Assembly: GCA_963924565.1 (NCBI GenBank)
Contig: OZ004612.1
Coordinates: 28,148,001 to 28,212,000 of the forward strand
Direction of reading: 5' to 3'
From: Ascidiella aspersa
Taxonomy: Eukaryota
DNA length: 64,000 nucleotides
The notes beneath the pieces were generated by a model that worked only from the letters and a program-made list of their open reading frames with translations, was not told where the DNA came from and searched no databases. Positions 40,080 through 52,900 of the stretch are shown here, in pieces. The number at the start of each line of letters is the position of its first letter. Position 1 is the stretch's first letter. Made by a program: the position numbers and the translations under genes.

Positions 40080-43000
40080 GTTTAAAGTAGAAACTTACAC
40101 GCAAATTCAGACACACGATCGTTGCAGTTATGTTTGTAGCAATAAAAGCGACCACCCGCTATTCAGGAAACAGCAGATAACAACATTCTTAAACAACATT
40201 TTCTTCCAAACAGCGGCGAACGAAGTGAAATTGACAATTCATTGACAGTAGTTTGTTTTTCTAATAACAATAAAGTGGCAAAAAAGGTTTTATTGCAAAG
40301 CCGAATTCATACTGGGTTTAGATATGACCTACCTGCCTTACTAAAAGAGGAAAGGATTTTGCGTTGTGATGATGTTTTAAACTTCCGTTATTCGCGCCTT
40401 GTTTCCTTTTTTCGCCTCGTTTTGTCACCCTGTTTTTTGTCTTTTGCCTTATTACAAGTATTTTTGCCCTGAAGAAGATTACCCACATAGGTAATCGAAA
40501 CGTCGGCGCCAAACACATATTTGTCAGAAGAACCCTCTATATAATTATATAATGCCTGGCAGCAACAATATATTCATTGATTTTTTAAACATTCTTAAAT
40601 AACATTTTCCTACAAACAGCGTCGAACGAAGTTAAATTGACAGTACATTGACGGTATGTTTGTTTGTACACTGACATTAAAGGACAATAAAGGTTTTCTG
40701 AGAAATAAAAAAGCCGAATTCACACAGGGTTTCGACATGGAATAGCTGGTCCTTTACTAAAGAAGTAAAGGAATTTCATTTGTGTTGTTCTTTAAACCAA
40801 CACAACGCGGCTGTAAAAATTACGTCAGTTCCTAAACACAACATAGTACATGGTTGGTTTATAAGTCCCTTTGTTTCCCAAAGGCACAACTTTAAAATTG
40901 TTTAAAAAAGGCAGCTTACTCTGCAACGAACGGATGTATCAGAGTCCGCGGTCAAATGTCGCGTGTCGCGCCATTGTTGTGCCACGCGCGACAAAAGTGT
41001 GTTTCGCGACACGCCGTGTCATTTTAGACGCACCGAAATAAACAAAAGATTATACCGGGGCATCGTTGTTGGTATGAAAGGGGTGGTGTAACGACGGGGG
41101 GTATTATTTACATAACGTAGGTGATTTGATATTTTTTTAGGAAGAAGCTAAAAATAAACATAATCATCGTGATTATGTTGAACACTCTCGGAATTTTTAT
41201 TCCTTTGCGAAGAAAATATAAAACGACGTGGAATTGAATGGGTTGATATGCACCGCACGTACTTAAATGATGTCGATATAATTACACACCAGTAAGTAAT
41301 GTTTATTTTCCGTTATACTTCAAGTATAACAAGAAACAGAATCATGTGCCATTCGGCCGAAGTAGCGATAGGTCTATTGGACCTTTCAGTCAGCTGCACG
41401 GTAAAAAAATATTTGCACTGTACAACATAAAGTCAAAAGTACTTTGGAATCGAAACTTTGATCAAGTTGGTATTTTTAAGCAACTCGAAATAAGTCTACA
41501 AAGAAGCCAATAGTCTAAATGGCGGTACATTGGATTCATCAGAAACGGAAACAAGATTTATTTGCGGCAAACATTGCAATCAAAAACAAGCAACCGGAAA
41601 GTGAAATCAAAAATCAAATCCGGTCAAAAAAGGTCAACCTAATCACGCTCACTGTAAACCAGAAACCGTGACCTGTAGTAGCTTAATGTTGGAAAGTAAT
41701 TGACTTGTGGTTGCCTGATACGCAACCGGCAACTAGCCCACGGTTTAACTGTAAACTGCAGTCAGGTTTCGGCCAGCTATAGGCAAATTCTCCTAGATTT
41801 GAACTTGCTTTTCTAATTGCGCCAACTAAAAAAACAGGGATCGAATTTGTTAGTTGCGACGCAGAAACGAGTTTCTCGTTCAATATTTACCAATTCAAGT
41901 AAATAGCCTTTGGTGATATTGGAACTCACTATAACTCATATTGCAATCATTTAGAAAGAGTATAGGTGCGAACAATTTTGTCATAATTTTAAGGCGGTTT
42001 CAGTGAACAATTTACTTGGTGCAGGAACGTTTCATAATCAACGCAGCGAAAGCAACCATCAAATATTGACTGACATAAAACACCTACATGTATTCATTCA
42101 GGGTTGAAAAAAAAACGCAAACTAAAACGTCATTGTAAACATAAATGTCATTGTTAACACAATACCAAATGGCGACAAAATAAGTTTAGAATAAGAATTT
42201 CTTAAAACAATAATTTAAGCTGGACATAAAGTAAAACAAATTTAAAGACAATTAAAAGACTTACGAAAAAACATAGTTTTTAGGAATTTTGCAATACAAA
42301 GACTTTTAAAGCCTCAAGGACATGGGACAACCCTGTAATTTCACTGGTATTTTGAGCCCTGCTAACAAGCATCGGTGTATGAGCAATAATTTCGGGCTTA
42401 CAGCGTTTTATTGATTGCCTTAGCCGGGCTCTGTGACGCAACAGACCGCAGCGCGCAAGGCAACCGAACGGCGATGAACTTCGGTTGCGTTTGTGACGTC
42501 ACAATAATCGGGCGCGGTGTCAACAAAGCGAGAAACGAGGGTGGCGTGGGCTCGAGTATTTCGCCAAGTCGATGTTCCACCGTCGATATTAGCAAATTTA
42601 GAAATATACTTAAAAACGTATTAAAGAAAAACAAACGTCAGAAAAATTTAAATTATGAAGCAATTAAACAAAAACTAAAACTAAAATACAGTAAAGGCTT
42701 ACGAGAAATTTCAAAAATATTGAGAAAACCGGCAACCTAAATATTAAGCATCGACCATATTTAATACAGCCGTAACATTTTTTCTCAAATTGTTGTGTGC
42801 TCTAGAACGTTTTTTAGGCACCCCAAATACTACAAGTGTAAATTAATAGCCAAGAATTGTCTACCCTAATTTAAAGAAATTGAAAACACAAACAGACAAC
42901 ACTAAAATCTAAAACGTTTATTGTGAACTAAGTCAAAATGCGAGCAAATTTTTTCATGATCATCCACAACCAACTTTCGTCACCCTTGAGTTAAGAAATG

Positions 43001-43603
43001 AAATATGAATATGTTTTCCGAACAAAAGGCTATCTATAGACCCTAAATCTTTGAAGTCCGACACGACGCAATTAAAGCAAATAAAAAACAGGGTTTGGTT
43101 GGTGGACGAACAAAAAAGCGCCTTAAATTGTTTCAACTCGCTTCGACACTAATTTTAACACCTGCAAACACACCAGTCTAATCGTAATACGAGGGGCCAC
43201 CAGATTGGCTGGGTGACTAACAGCTTCACTTCCAAGCGTGCGTGACTCACAAGCCCAATTGTGTGACGTCACTATGAGCTCTTGGCAATTCGAACGCATG
43301 TGAATCACGATTTGTGCGCGGCTTTTGCAAACGAACGCTGCACGATGGAGTTGCTCAACTGCGGCAATCGTCAAATGACGTCACACAACAACCTAATAGC
43401 GTCGAACAACCTAAACAAATAGCGTAAGGCACTTTGATGCTAATTAAATACTTTTGTAGCCATTTTAAATCAACCAGTGTTGAAGTTCACAACGTCACAA
43501 TCATAACACTATACAAAAGAATATGAGGTGGGTGAGTTGTATGAGACCCCTACGAGTGGATTGCTGAACATCCACCATATTTAGTTATTTAATAGGTGAA
43601 ATA

Positions 43604-43752
43604 CAGGCTGTAGAGTCCGAGCCAGACTCGGGACTTGACGGAATCAGCAAATTTGGCCGGTCTTGACTCAGAATACGGACCCGACTTTTTTTCGGCCGGA
43701 GTAAAATTCGAAAGTCGAACTCGGGTTGTTTTTAACCAACTCCGCAGCCCTG
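43604..43752. mobile_element. MITE family C copy
   Basis: CAGGCTGTAGAGTCCG...CAACTCCGCAGCCCTG termini. Confidence 0.65.
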
Positions 43753-44364
43753 CACCACACACAAGCCGTACACAAGTAAATGTACCAATAGAACAGAAAA
43801 CTTAAACTAAATAAAGTCCACTTTTGGGACGCTTCATTATTAGAAACGACACCCCGGATTTGGACTGATTTAGAGCAATACACACGGTTTCAATTCTAAA
43901 TAGATTGGTTCCACGTATAAGATGGTTGCGCCCCAATATATCATTTCGAAGTGCTTTTCAACAAACCCTTCTCAAACAGTCTCGTGTCTCAGCAGCATCA
44001 ATAACAAACGCTACTATTGGCGAGAAAGAGAGAGAAAAAAAGGGCACAATCGTCGATTGTTGCAAAACAAACGCCTGTTTGGATTCAAATCTGGGCGGAA
44101 AACTACAGGCACCCTTCCTACTTTAGCACGTGCTTTTGGAATGCCTTGCAGATACATCGATAAGAAAAACAGTCGGCAGAATATCGGCAATGTAACTCGA
44201 GAAACAGTACGCTTGGGTGGTTCTATTGATTTGGAGTTATATTAGGCGTATTACACAAGGCGGAACCACGTTGTTTTTGTTTTGAATATGAGGCCTAGTG
44301 GAAATTTACCAAAGTGTCTTCCAATGCCGGTGGAATAGTTTGACACTTGCTCCATGTGGTTCAT

Positions 44365-46555
44365 GGACGTTTTCCACCTACCCCTTTTTCACATTTGCAA
44401 ATCAATCGCTATTGCCCAAGTTTGATAGTTCGGTTCGGTTTAACGGTAGATAATGTAAGCAGCATTCACACTAAAAAAAGTACCTATAGGAGATATATTA
44501 CAGTACACCTCGCTTACACCGATGTAGAATGTTGGAAACCATTCCAACAGTTTGCCTTCGATCTCTGACAACATTTGGACTTTAGACATACCAGAAATAA
44601 GTCAGATGTTTTCCAATTATGGGTTTGGCTTCGCGTTATCTGTTTTTTTCCGTGTTTTACAGTTGTATTATCCAAGGTTGCGGAACGCATGATAAATTTT
44701 CAGGGATGAGGTCACAAAAGTTACGTCATAACAAGACGTCTAAACCTTTTCCACATTTGCAAACCAGTCGCTATCGCCCAAGTTTGATTTCGTCCAGTTT
44801 GGTTTAACGGTAGATAATGTAGCCGCATTTACACTGGAAAAAGTACCTCGCAGATATAGTGAAGTACAACTCGCTTACACCGATGTAGAATGTTGAAAAG
44901 CCTTCCAACAGTTTGCCTACGATTTCTGACAACATTTGGACTTTAGACATACCAGAAATAAGTCCGGTGATCTCAAATTGGCGGTTCGGGTGCGCGTTAT
45001 CTGGCTTTTTCGTCAGCGTGTTTTTATGCACTATTTCTGAAACCTAACACAACAAGTATACAACGATTACGGAAGCAAAACATTTTTCAAAAGCATTATG
45101 TAATTTCTGAATTTAGCTGTTATAAAAAGGTAACACAACGAACTCCAATGCGTCAGTTGTCTAAAGTGATTCAGTGTTTAGCTTCAGTGCAATTATACTA
45201 CATCTTAGAAGTCAAAACCCAAACCCCACAAATGAACAAGATAAAATACAGGAATCGTAACAACATAGAAACACTGCAGACAAAACAAAAACAATCTATT
45301 TAAATAACAGACTAAAGATTTTTATTGGGCAAATATATTTCTCTTTTACATCTTATAAAATAATCTTTACATCTTAAAATTGAATTAGACTTTAATTACG
45401 ACAGAAAAGCTCACAAAATCGTCACAGACAATATTTGCTATTTACGTTTATTCTGTTATATGCGCAAACAGCTGACTTTTAACAAGTTAAAACATTTTCA
45501 CCCGAAATATTCCGCAGTTGAACAAGAGGTCGTGTTTTACCATTGTACTATCCAGGGTTGACAGTAGAACAATTTTACTGGAACGCATGTGAATTTTCAG
45601 AGATCACGTCGCAAAAGCTACGTCATAACAAGACGTCTAAACCTTTTCCACATTTGCAAACCAGTCGCTATCGCCCAAGTTTTATTTAGTCCAGTTTGGT
45701 TTAACGGTAGATTATGTAGCCGCATTTACACTGGAAAAAGTACCTCGCAGATATAGTGAAGTACACCTCGCTTACAACGCATTAGAATGTTAAAAACATT
45801 GCAACAGTTTGCCTACAATATCTGACAACATTTGGACTTTAAAACCTAAAACGCCAAGTGTACATCCAATAAGGAAGCACAACATTTATCGGAAACACTA
45901 TGTAATTCCCGATTATAGCTGCTATAAAAAGGTAACACAACGAATTGCAATGCGTCATTTGACTGACGCGAAAAAAGTACCTCCAACATATAGTGAAGTA
46001 CAACTCGCTTACACCGATGTAAAATGTTGAAAACCCTTTCAACAGTTTGCCCACGATTTCTGACAACATTTGGACTTTAAAATCTAACACAGCAAGCATA
46101 AACGTTTATTGCGTCAGTTGTCTAACGTGAGAACACGATTTTACGTTTCGTTACATCTAAAAGTCAAAACATAAAGAATGAACAAGATGAAATACATAGA
46201 AATCGTAACATCATAGAAACACTGCAGACAAAACAAAGGCATTCAGTTTAAATAAAAGACATAAAGATCCCTTTTTGGCCAAACGTATTTCTTTTTTTCA
46301 TCCTATAAAATGATTGACTTTAAATTACGACAGAAAAGTTAAAAAGACAATAACAACAGACAATTTCGCTTTTTACCTCCGTTGTGTAACTTGCTTAAGC
46401 AGCTAAATTGTAACGGGAGTATTTCGCAGTTAAACAAGACTCCGTGATTCGCTATTGTATTATCCTGGGGTGGAAGTACAACAATTTTCTTACAGAACAA
46501 TGATAAATTTTCGGAAATGACGTCACAAAAGTTACGTCATACCTGCACGTCTAAA
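44365..46555. repeat. Complex local tandem duplication (about 370-bp and 900-bp blocks)
   Basis: CACATTTGCAAA..CGCTAT.GCCCAAGTTT at about 44390, 44752 and 45648; CTCGCTTACACCGATGTA recurs; 45110-45560 parallels about 45880-46500. Confidence 0.85.
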
Positions 46556-46802
46556 ACAACTAACCTTGGGAAACCTGAGGTAACCGTTCAACGTCGTGCA
46601 CAGATGTGCAACTGAAATCTTAGTCTAAAAACATTCAAGGATCTGACGGAATGGCTTCGTGTAAAAAGGGACTTTATCAGGTGAAAACAGGAATCTTAGT
46701 CTTTTACCGGAAAGAACGCCGTTACTGTCCGTACTTTCACCACTGGTAACATCAATTAAGCTATCAGGAGACAACCACCACTGACAAATTTAATATTTTT
46801 AC

Positions 46803-46925
46803 CTTGGCGGCTCCAGTTTTTCCACCCTGAGCCGTCTTGCCGCTTTCATTTCCCTCATCACCCCACCCACTCATGTAACCCATGTCGGGTTTGGGTTGGA
46901 GGGGCGGGGTAGTCACCCGGTAAAC
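46803..46925 (-). CDS. WDR64: WDR64-like exon (VYRVTTPPLQPKPDMGY...GAAK)
   Basis: ctttttgtccAG acceptor, AAG|GTAAAA donor; LP|VYRV continuity with the previous exon. Confidence 0.8.
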
Positions 46926-49900
46926 CTGGACAAAAAGTCGACAGTCAATATTTTAAATTTCGGCGTAAAAACAAAAAACCTTTAATATGAAGTTGTTTGT
47001 AATAATAAAATTCAAGTGATCGTGCTTTGGGTGTTTTCCACATGTGGGTCGTTTGATTTAGTTCAGGGTTTTTTTAACTTTTTTTACCGCGGACCACTAA
47101 AATTTTTCTTGGCCTCGCGTGGACCACAATAGGCAATTTGTTTTAAATGACGTCATGAATTTACGTCACAATACAAATAGACTTCATAAGTCTGCTGATT
47201 TCGGTCCAAAAATGTGAAACTGAAATGGAGTCTTAATGCATTCAGTGCAATACCTTATTTTTTATTAAACTGTTGTGTTTGATAAATTGATTACTTCTTA
47301 ATTATACACTAATATTTCAATTAGGCCTTCATGGACCGCCTAAAACTAAGTGACGGACCCCTAAGGGGTCCATGGACCCCAGTTTAAGAACCCCTGATTT
47401 AGTTGGTCGCCGACTACAGTAGTTCACGTGGTTAGATATACTGAAATGGTTCGCAAAGTTTGTCCAAAATTTTAAAAAAATGTGTAACAATTATTGATAT
47501 GTCAAGTTTATTTTCTGAAATTAAGTCCTTCCGTCGCTTTGTCTTAACCAAGTAGCACATGCATGGAACCAAAATAAAAAAAGAGATTAATTGGCGCTCT
47601 TATTGCATCCGATTGACGTAGACGAATTTCCAAACAAGGTGATTGGAGTATGCATTACATGATTAACTGATCAAAAGTGTTTGTGTATGCCAGGTATATA
47701 AAATATCGTCGGTATCAGCCAATAAAGTAGTGATATCGGTTGATCTCTGATTGAAACGCCTAGCATAATATTTGCAAATTATATGGATTTGTGTTCTCAG
47801 GGCTTCACATGGTGAATGGGGCGTGATTTGCGTGATTTTCGTGATTTTCTAAAGGAAACAGCTATTTAACCGGATCGCCATTTTACGATTGCAGCATTAC
47901 GTGATTATTAATTGATTTGGGCTAGGGTTGACGCTCGCCTTTGGGTTTGAGTGGTGGTAGTATTAGATTGAATTTTCCGAGCTTTGCATAAGTTCAATTC
48001 TTTTTTCCGAAATTGATTTAAATTATACTTTGTTAGCCGGGTAAATAGCCTCAGAAGGTGTATATATGCTATTTGACCGGATCGCTCTTTAACCTTTGCA
48101 CCCGTTGGTGGTTATGTGGATTTGTACTACTTTGGCGTCCGGGTGAATAGCCTCTTTCTCTAAATCGGGTGTGGCTTTCAGTAAAGTTTTAGATCAACTA
48201 TGAAGTCATTTACAGCGCCAACAGAAGGTTGGGTAACAATAATTGAAAACCGCAAAATACACCTTGACTTTACGTAGTGTCATAAGGTAATCATGTTACC
48301 GTCTGTTTGCTATGACAACAATTATACATTTCTTCGTATTCTGCCAAACTTTAAACAGGAGTGTTTAAACAGCGGATTGGTAAATATCTTTGTCAAACAG
48401 CTCTTAGATCGCAAAGAACAACAAGTGACGCTAAGCGTAATATTTACGTGATTGAGAAATGTTTGGCACCTGGTCACATCGATCAGTGCAGTATTTCTTA
48501 ACCTTTTTTCGCGGTGACCTAAATATTAAGCATTAGTGCAACAGCGCCTCGTTTAAACTGATGTTTTTTATTGTTTTTTTTTTAAGTAATATATTTTAAG
48601 TTTATGACATGTATGTATTATTTATTGCTAAGTGCGTAGCTGTGTTCAATTTACTTCATTTTCTCTTCAAAAAACTTTTGTAAGCGAGCAAAACGTAAGA
48701 CCGTATCATTAAGATGTTTCAATTTATTTAATATTAGCTATATATTCGTATTGATTCCGCAATTCTCTCAAATTTCGGGAAAATCATTTTCAGAACGAAT
48801 CTCAATAAATCGAACTATGTGAAGAAATGAATTCGGCGACCCATAGGTAGAGAAACGCTGGTTTATGGTAGAAATTTTGTTCTTTTAATTACAGGCTTTA
48901 AAAGAGAAGTGTGGTATGGTTAAGGAAGTAGCAGAGAATTTTTTTTCCTTATTTCAAAAATGTTCAGATTTAAAACTATAATTATAACTTTTGTCTTTTT
49001 AAGGATATTTGTTGTGACGACACTCAATTTTCAAGCTTGGATGCAAGAAAATTACAAAACAAAAAGTCGATTTCTCACCGGCAAATGATGGAATATGGCT
49101 CCCGTGTCCGAGTCCACTGGTTTGTCGCTCTCCAGAGCGCTTTTATCCGCCTATGACGTCACAAATAGTGTTTGTTATTTGCAATGCTTTAAAATGTAGA
49201 CATGGTTTACTGGTTTAATGCGCAAATGATACGGTCGTCGCACCCTTCGTGCCTCTAATTGCGACAAACAACAATGATGATATTTTTAAATGAATAGGTT
49301 CGACTTTTGGCTTGGTTTAAAGGCGACAATAATATGCCAAAACGTTTTACTTACAACTTTATGGTTTCAAAGCACAACAGTGAATTGTCTTTTGTAAAAC
49401 GAAAGATAGTCAGAATAGTTTAATGTGTTCGGATAGTCTTGCAACTTTTTACGGATAAATAAAGTGGGTCGGTCTTAATACCTGTATGATCTTTCCTTAT
49501 GAAGCCGTAAAACGATAGGGGCAAAAGACAGTATAAATGTCATGGTCATTGGTCAACACAATTAAAACCATTTTTTCTTTGCTCTTTGAGGCTTAAAACA
49601 CGGTAACTTAATCTGGGCATAAAGCGAAATACTAAAAAACATAACTTTTTCAAAGATTTCCAATATGTACATGAAATTATAACTTTCAAAGACTTTAAAA
49701 ATTTGTGGTAAACCTGTTATGTATCGGCTCTGATTTGAAATTATCTGACATCGCTATAGTTACACTTGCGTAAGAATGCTTAAGTTTCCTACCTTAGGTT
49801 TGACCAAAGCACTGAAGAACTTCTTATTTCTGATCTCGATAATGTTCAGTGAGCTCTGCTGATTGGCTGGCACCGTGTGACGTTGTGCTACGTCACGTGT

Positions 49901-52900
49901 GTAGGCAGATCGTCTAAAAGGGCGCCACCTGGCGTGTAAAATAAGGGTAAATTTTTAGGCAACATAAGACAACAGAAGTGGGTTGGTACATTTAATAAGT
50001 TGTCCTATCTCGAATGGTTTTTGCATACAAACAAAACAAAAACAAAAAAAGTTGCATAAAAAATTAAAGGGATTATTGAGAAAGTGTTTCATGAAAATAA
50101 AATGCGTTCAATATATGTTTAGGGATGTCCGATTGAATCGAAACCGAATTTCAGCTATAAATTGCAATCAAAAGCAGATATTCGGATGCTAAGTTTATCA
50201 AAAAAATTGTCATGGTTAAAAAATTCGTGGTAGCTAAACTTATTAACGCAAAGTTATTTGAGGTATTATACCGTGAAATAAATACCTCTTCGACGTTTAT
50301 TTTGTTGCTTGTTTGACCACGGTAATGACGTCATTTGCTATGATATCGCATCAAAACGCTAAATTTTGTCTAACATATCGGTATCGGAATAAAAAGTTAA
50401 GCATCAAACCCCAAAATATGTGAACAATTTTTTTCAAAGAACCAATCCCTATACTATCAGGGTTGGGCTTAAGCACTCGCCCGCTCGCCAATGCGAGTGC
50501 AAATCGCTCCGGGCGAGTGCTGATTGACACCCACTCGCCCGACTGGCGAGTGGCTCAGGCGAGAAATTTAATTAGTTGGTGCAGGAGAGCTTGCGTTAAG
50601 CGCCAATATTATGCGAACCATTACTTGATCCACTTATTTCCTTAAACACTAAGACGCAAATACATTCAACACTACACAAATAATAAGGTTAATCGAGGTC
50701 ACGAAGGAAATTATAAGCAATTGCTGCAGTTTTCGGGCAACAATAAGTGCGAATGCAAATGTCTTATATTATTTGTAAGCAGTGTTTTTTAAGATGTTTT
50801 GAGGGACCGAAACGGCCCACTGAACACTACGGTATTTCAAAATACCGCCTATTGTGCAACTACAGCCGAGAATTAGTAATTAGTCTACAGTATGTAAGTA
50901 TGTTGTTGCGATCTCTTAAGTTCATAGCGGTCAACCAAGCCAAAGCTTAAAAAATAAATGACTGTCTGTAACATTTTATATGCCAATTATGTTAAGATAC
51001 GACTCAAAACTATTGCGGACGCCCATTGAAAACTGTAACGACCCACTATAGGGCGTCGTGCAGCACAGAACCTCTGGTGCATGTGGTTGTTAACTGTGCG
51101 AAAGAATGGTTTGGTTCGGTGAAACAAACGCCTTTCAAGCACAGAAAAACCACAATAGAAAAAAAGCTAGAGCGATGTCGTTTTTAAAAAACTGGAAAAC
51201 AGGCAGGCTACTAAATTGTCAGTGCTATTTTTTCACTAAAAATTGTAACAAATATTTCGGATAAAAAACATTCCTAAGCGTAACCTGCTTTGTGTGTCCT
51301 TAATTCGTTCATCCATGCATGGAAATAAACGACCAGACTTTTATAAAACTAATGTTTACGTATAGAAACCATAAGAAAGGGTAACGATAACACAAGAAAT
51401 GACCGCGCTATGACGTAAATGGGCAGACTGCGTGCCAACAAATTTGGCGAGTGTTATTTCGTCCGGGCGAGTGCAGATTGATAGCTGTAAATTTTAGCTT
51501 AGGAATAACCCTGACTATAAAGCCTTCGTGACAGTAAATAAGCTTTTTTAATATGTCGTCGGCATATTAAAGAAAAACATATATAAACATCAGGAATGTG
51601 TAACCGGAGTATATATTTACGAAAATACCGCACATGTGAATAATTAATAATTGTACATTACGCACGGATTTTTAATGTAGCTTGATAATAACAATAAATC
51701 CCAAAGCCCTAAAGTTCGGGTAAATCGACATCATCTTGATAAACTGTGTCCCGTATTTTATAAGTGAGGTTATTATATTTCAGTCACATTTAACTGAATG
51801 ATGATACAAGTGTGTATCGAAACGTCTTTATCAAGATGACGTCGATTTACTCGACCTTTTTGGCTTGGAGAGTGATAAACTTGCTCTTTCAAAAAGGCTC
51901 TTGATGTATAGCTATGTGTCATAGAAGCCTACTTAATACATCACGAGTTAGTTATAAAGCATTTTGTCACATAAAAAGGAAATCTCTCAAGGACGTATTT
52001 CGACACTTGGTTATTTCAAGGCGCTCTCTACGTCACAATAGCGCTCTATGTATTACGTCAAATGCGGCTTAAAGTCGTTGCGACATACACAAGCTACAAA
52101 ACACCGGATGGGAAAGTCCGAGTTCTTTGACGAACCAGCGATCGTCACATTTTTAACACACCGGTGCTATGGGAAAACTGATATCAATGTAACTAGGGTC
52201 CGATGGAAGATAATACTATTTTTTTGACAAATCTATTTTTTGACAGCTTTTACTATTTAGGCAAAAAATGTTAACATCTTGTGATTTTCACTATGTTTTC
52301 ATCCTTTGAAAGGAATTTATTTTAAATTAGACAACTAGCCGATATTCTGGGCAATATGCTTTTTATTGGCCTTTTAATGCGTCACGTAAAGTCTCTTAAA
52401 TTTGAAGTTTAACCCATTTTAACCGAACAAACGCATTTTTCCGCTCCTATACATTTCGCAAACGAGTTATCTTAAAAACAACACGTTTTTATAGATTAAT
52501 TTTTATGATGTAACTTTGTGATGCCATGCCTGAAAAATGTCGCTTAGGAAATATGTGAATAATTCAATTTAAGCTGATTGATAATAATTAACCAAACTCA
52601 CTAAAAATTGTAATGTACCAGTGGGTCCGTCCAGTGGTGTATGGATTTGTTCGCGAGATGCTCACAAAACTCAAATTTGGGTGGCGCTTAAAAAAGGTAG
52701 GTAACCACTGCTTTGGATGAACAGGGGAAAAAGTACCACCACGTTCAGTTCATAAAAAAGAGACTTAATCTAAAAAACATATCAGGCCATTTGTATTAAC
52801 CTTGCTCCAGATGGAGAGGTAAAATGTTACGGAGCCAGTTATTGAAGGGTAGAACTGCAGACCTAGTGAGTGCATTGGCCAGAAACAATAGCAGGTTGCC

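Noticed and set aside
46540-46780. Next WDR64-like exon immediately after 46803
   Set aside because: Candidate acceptors give introns of 22-60 nt or immediate stops; the candidate near 46624-46565 has no supporting homology.
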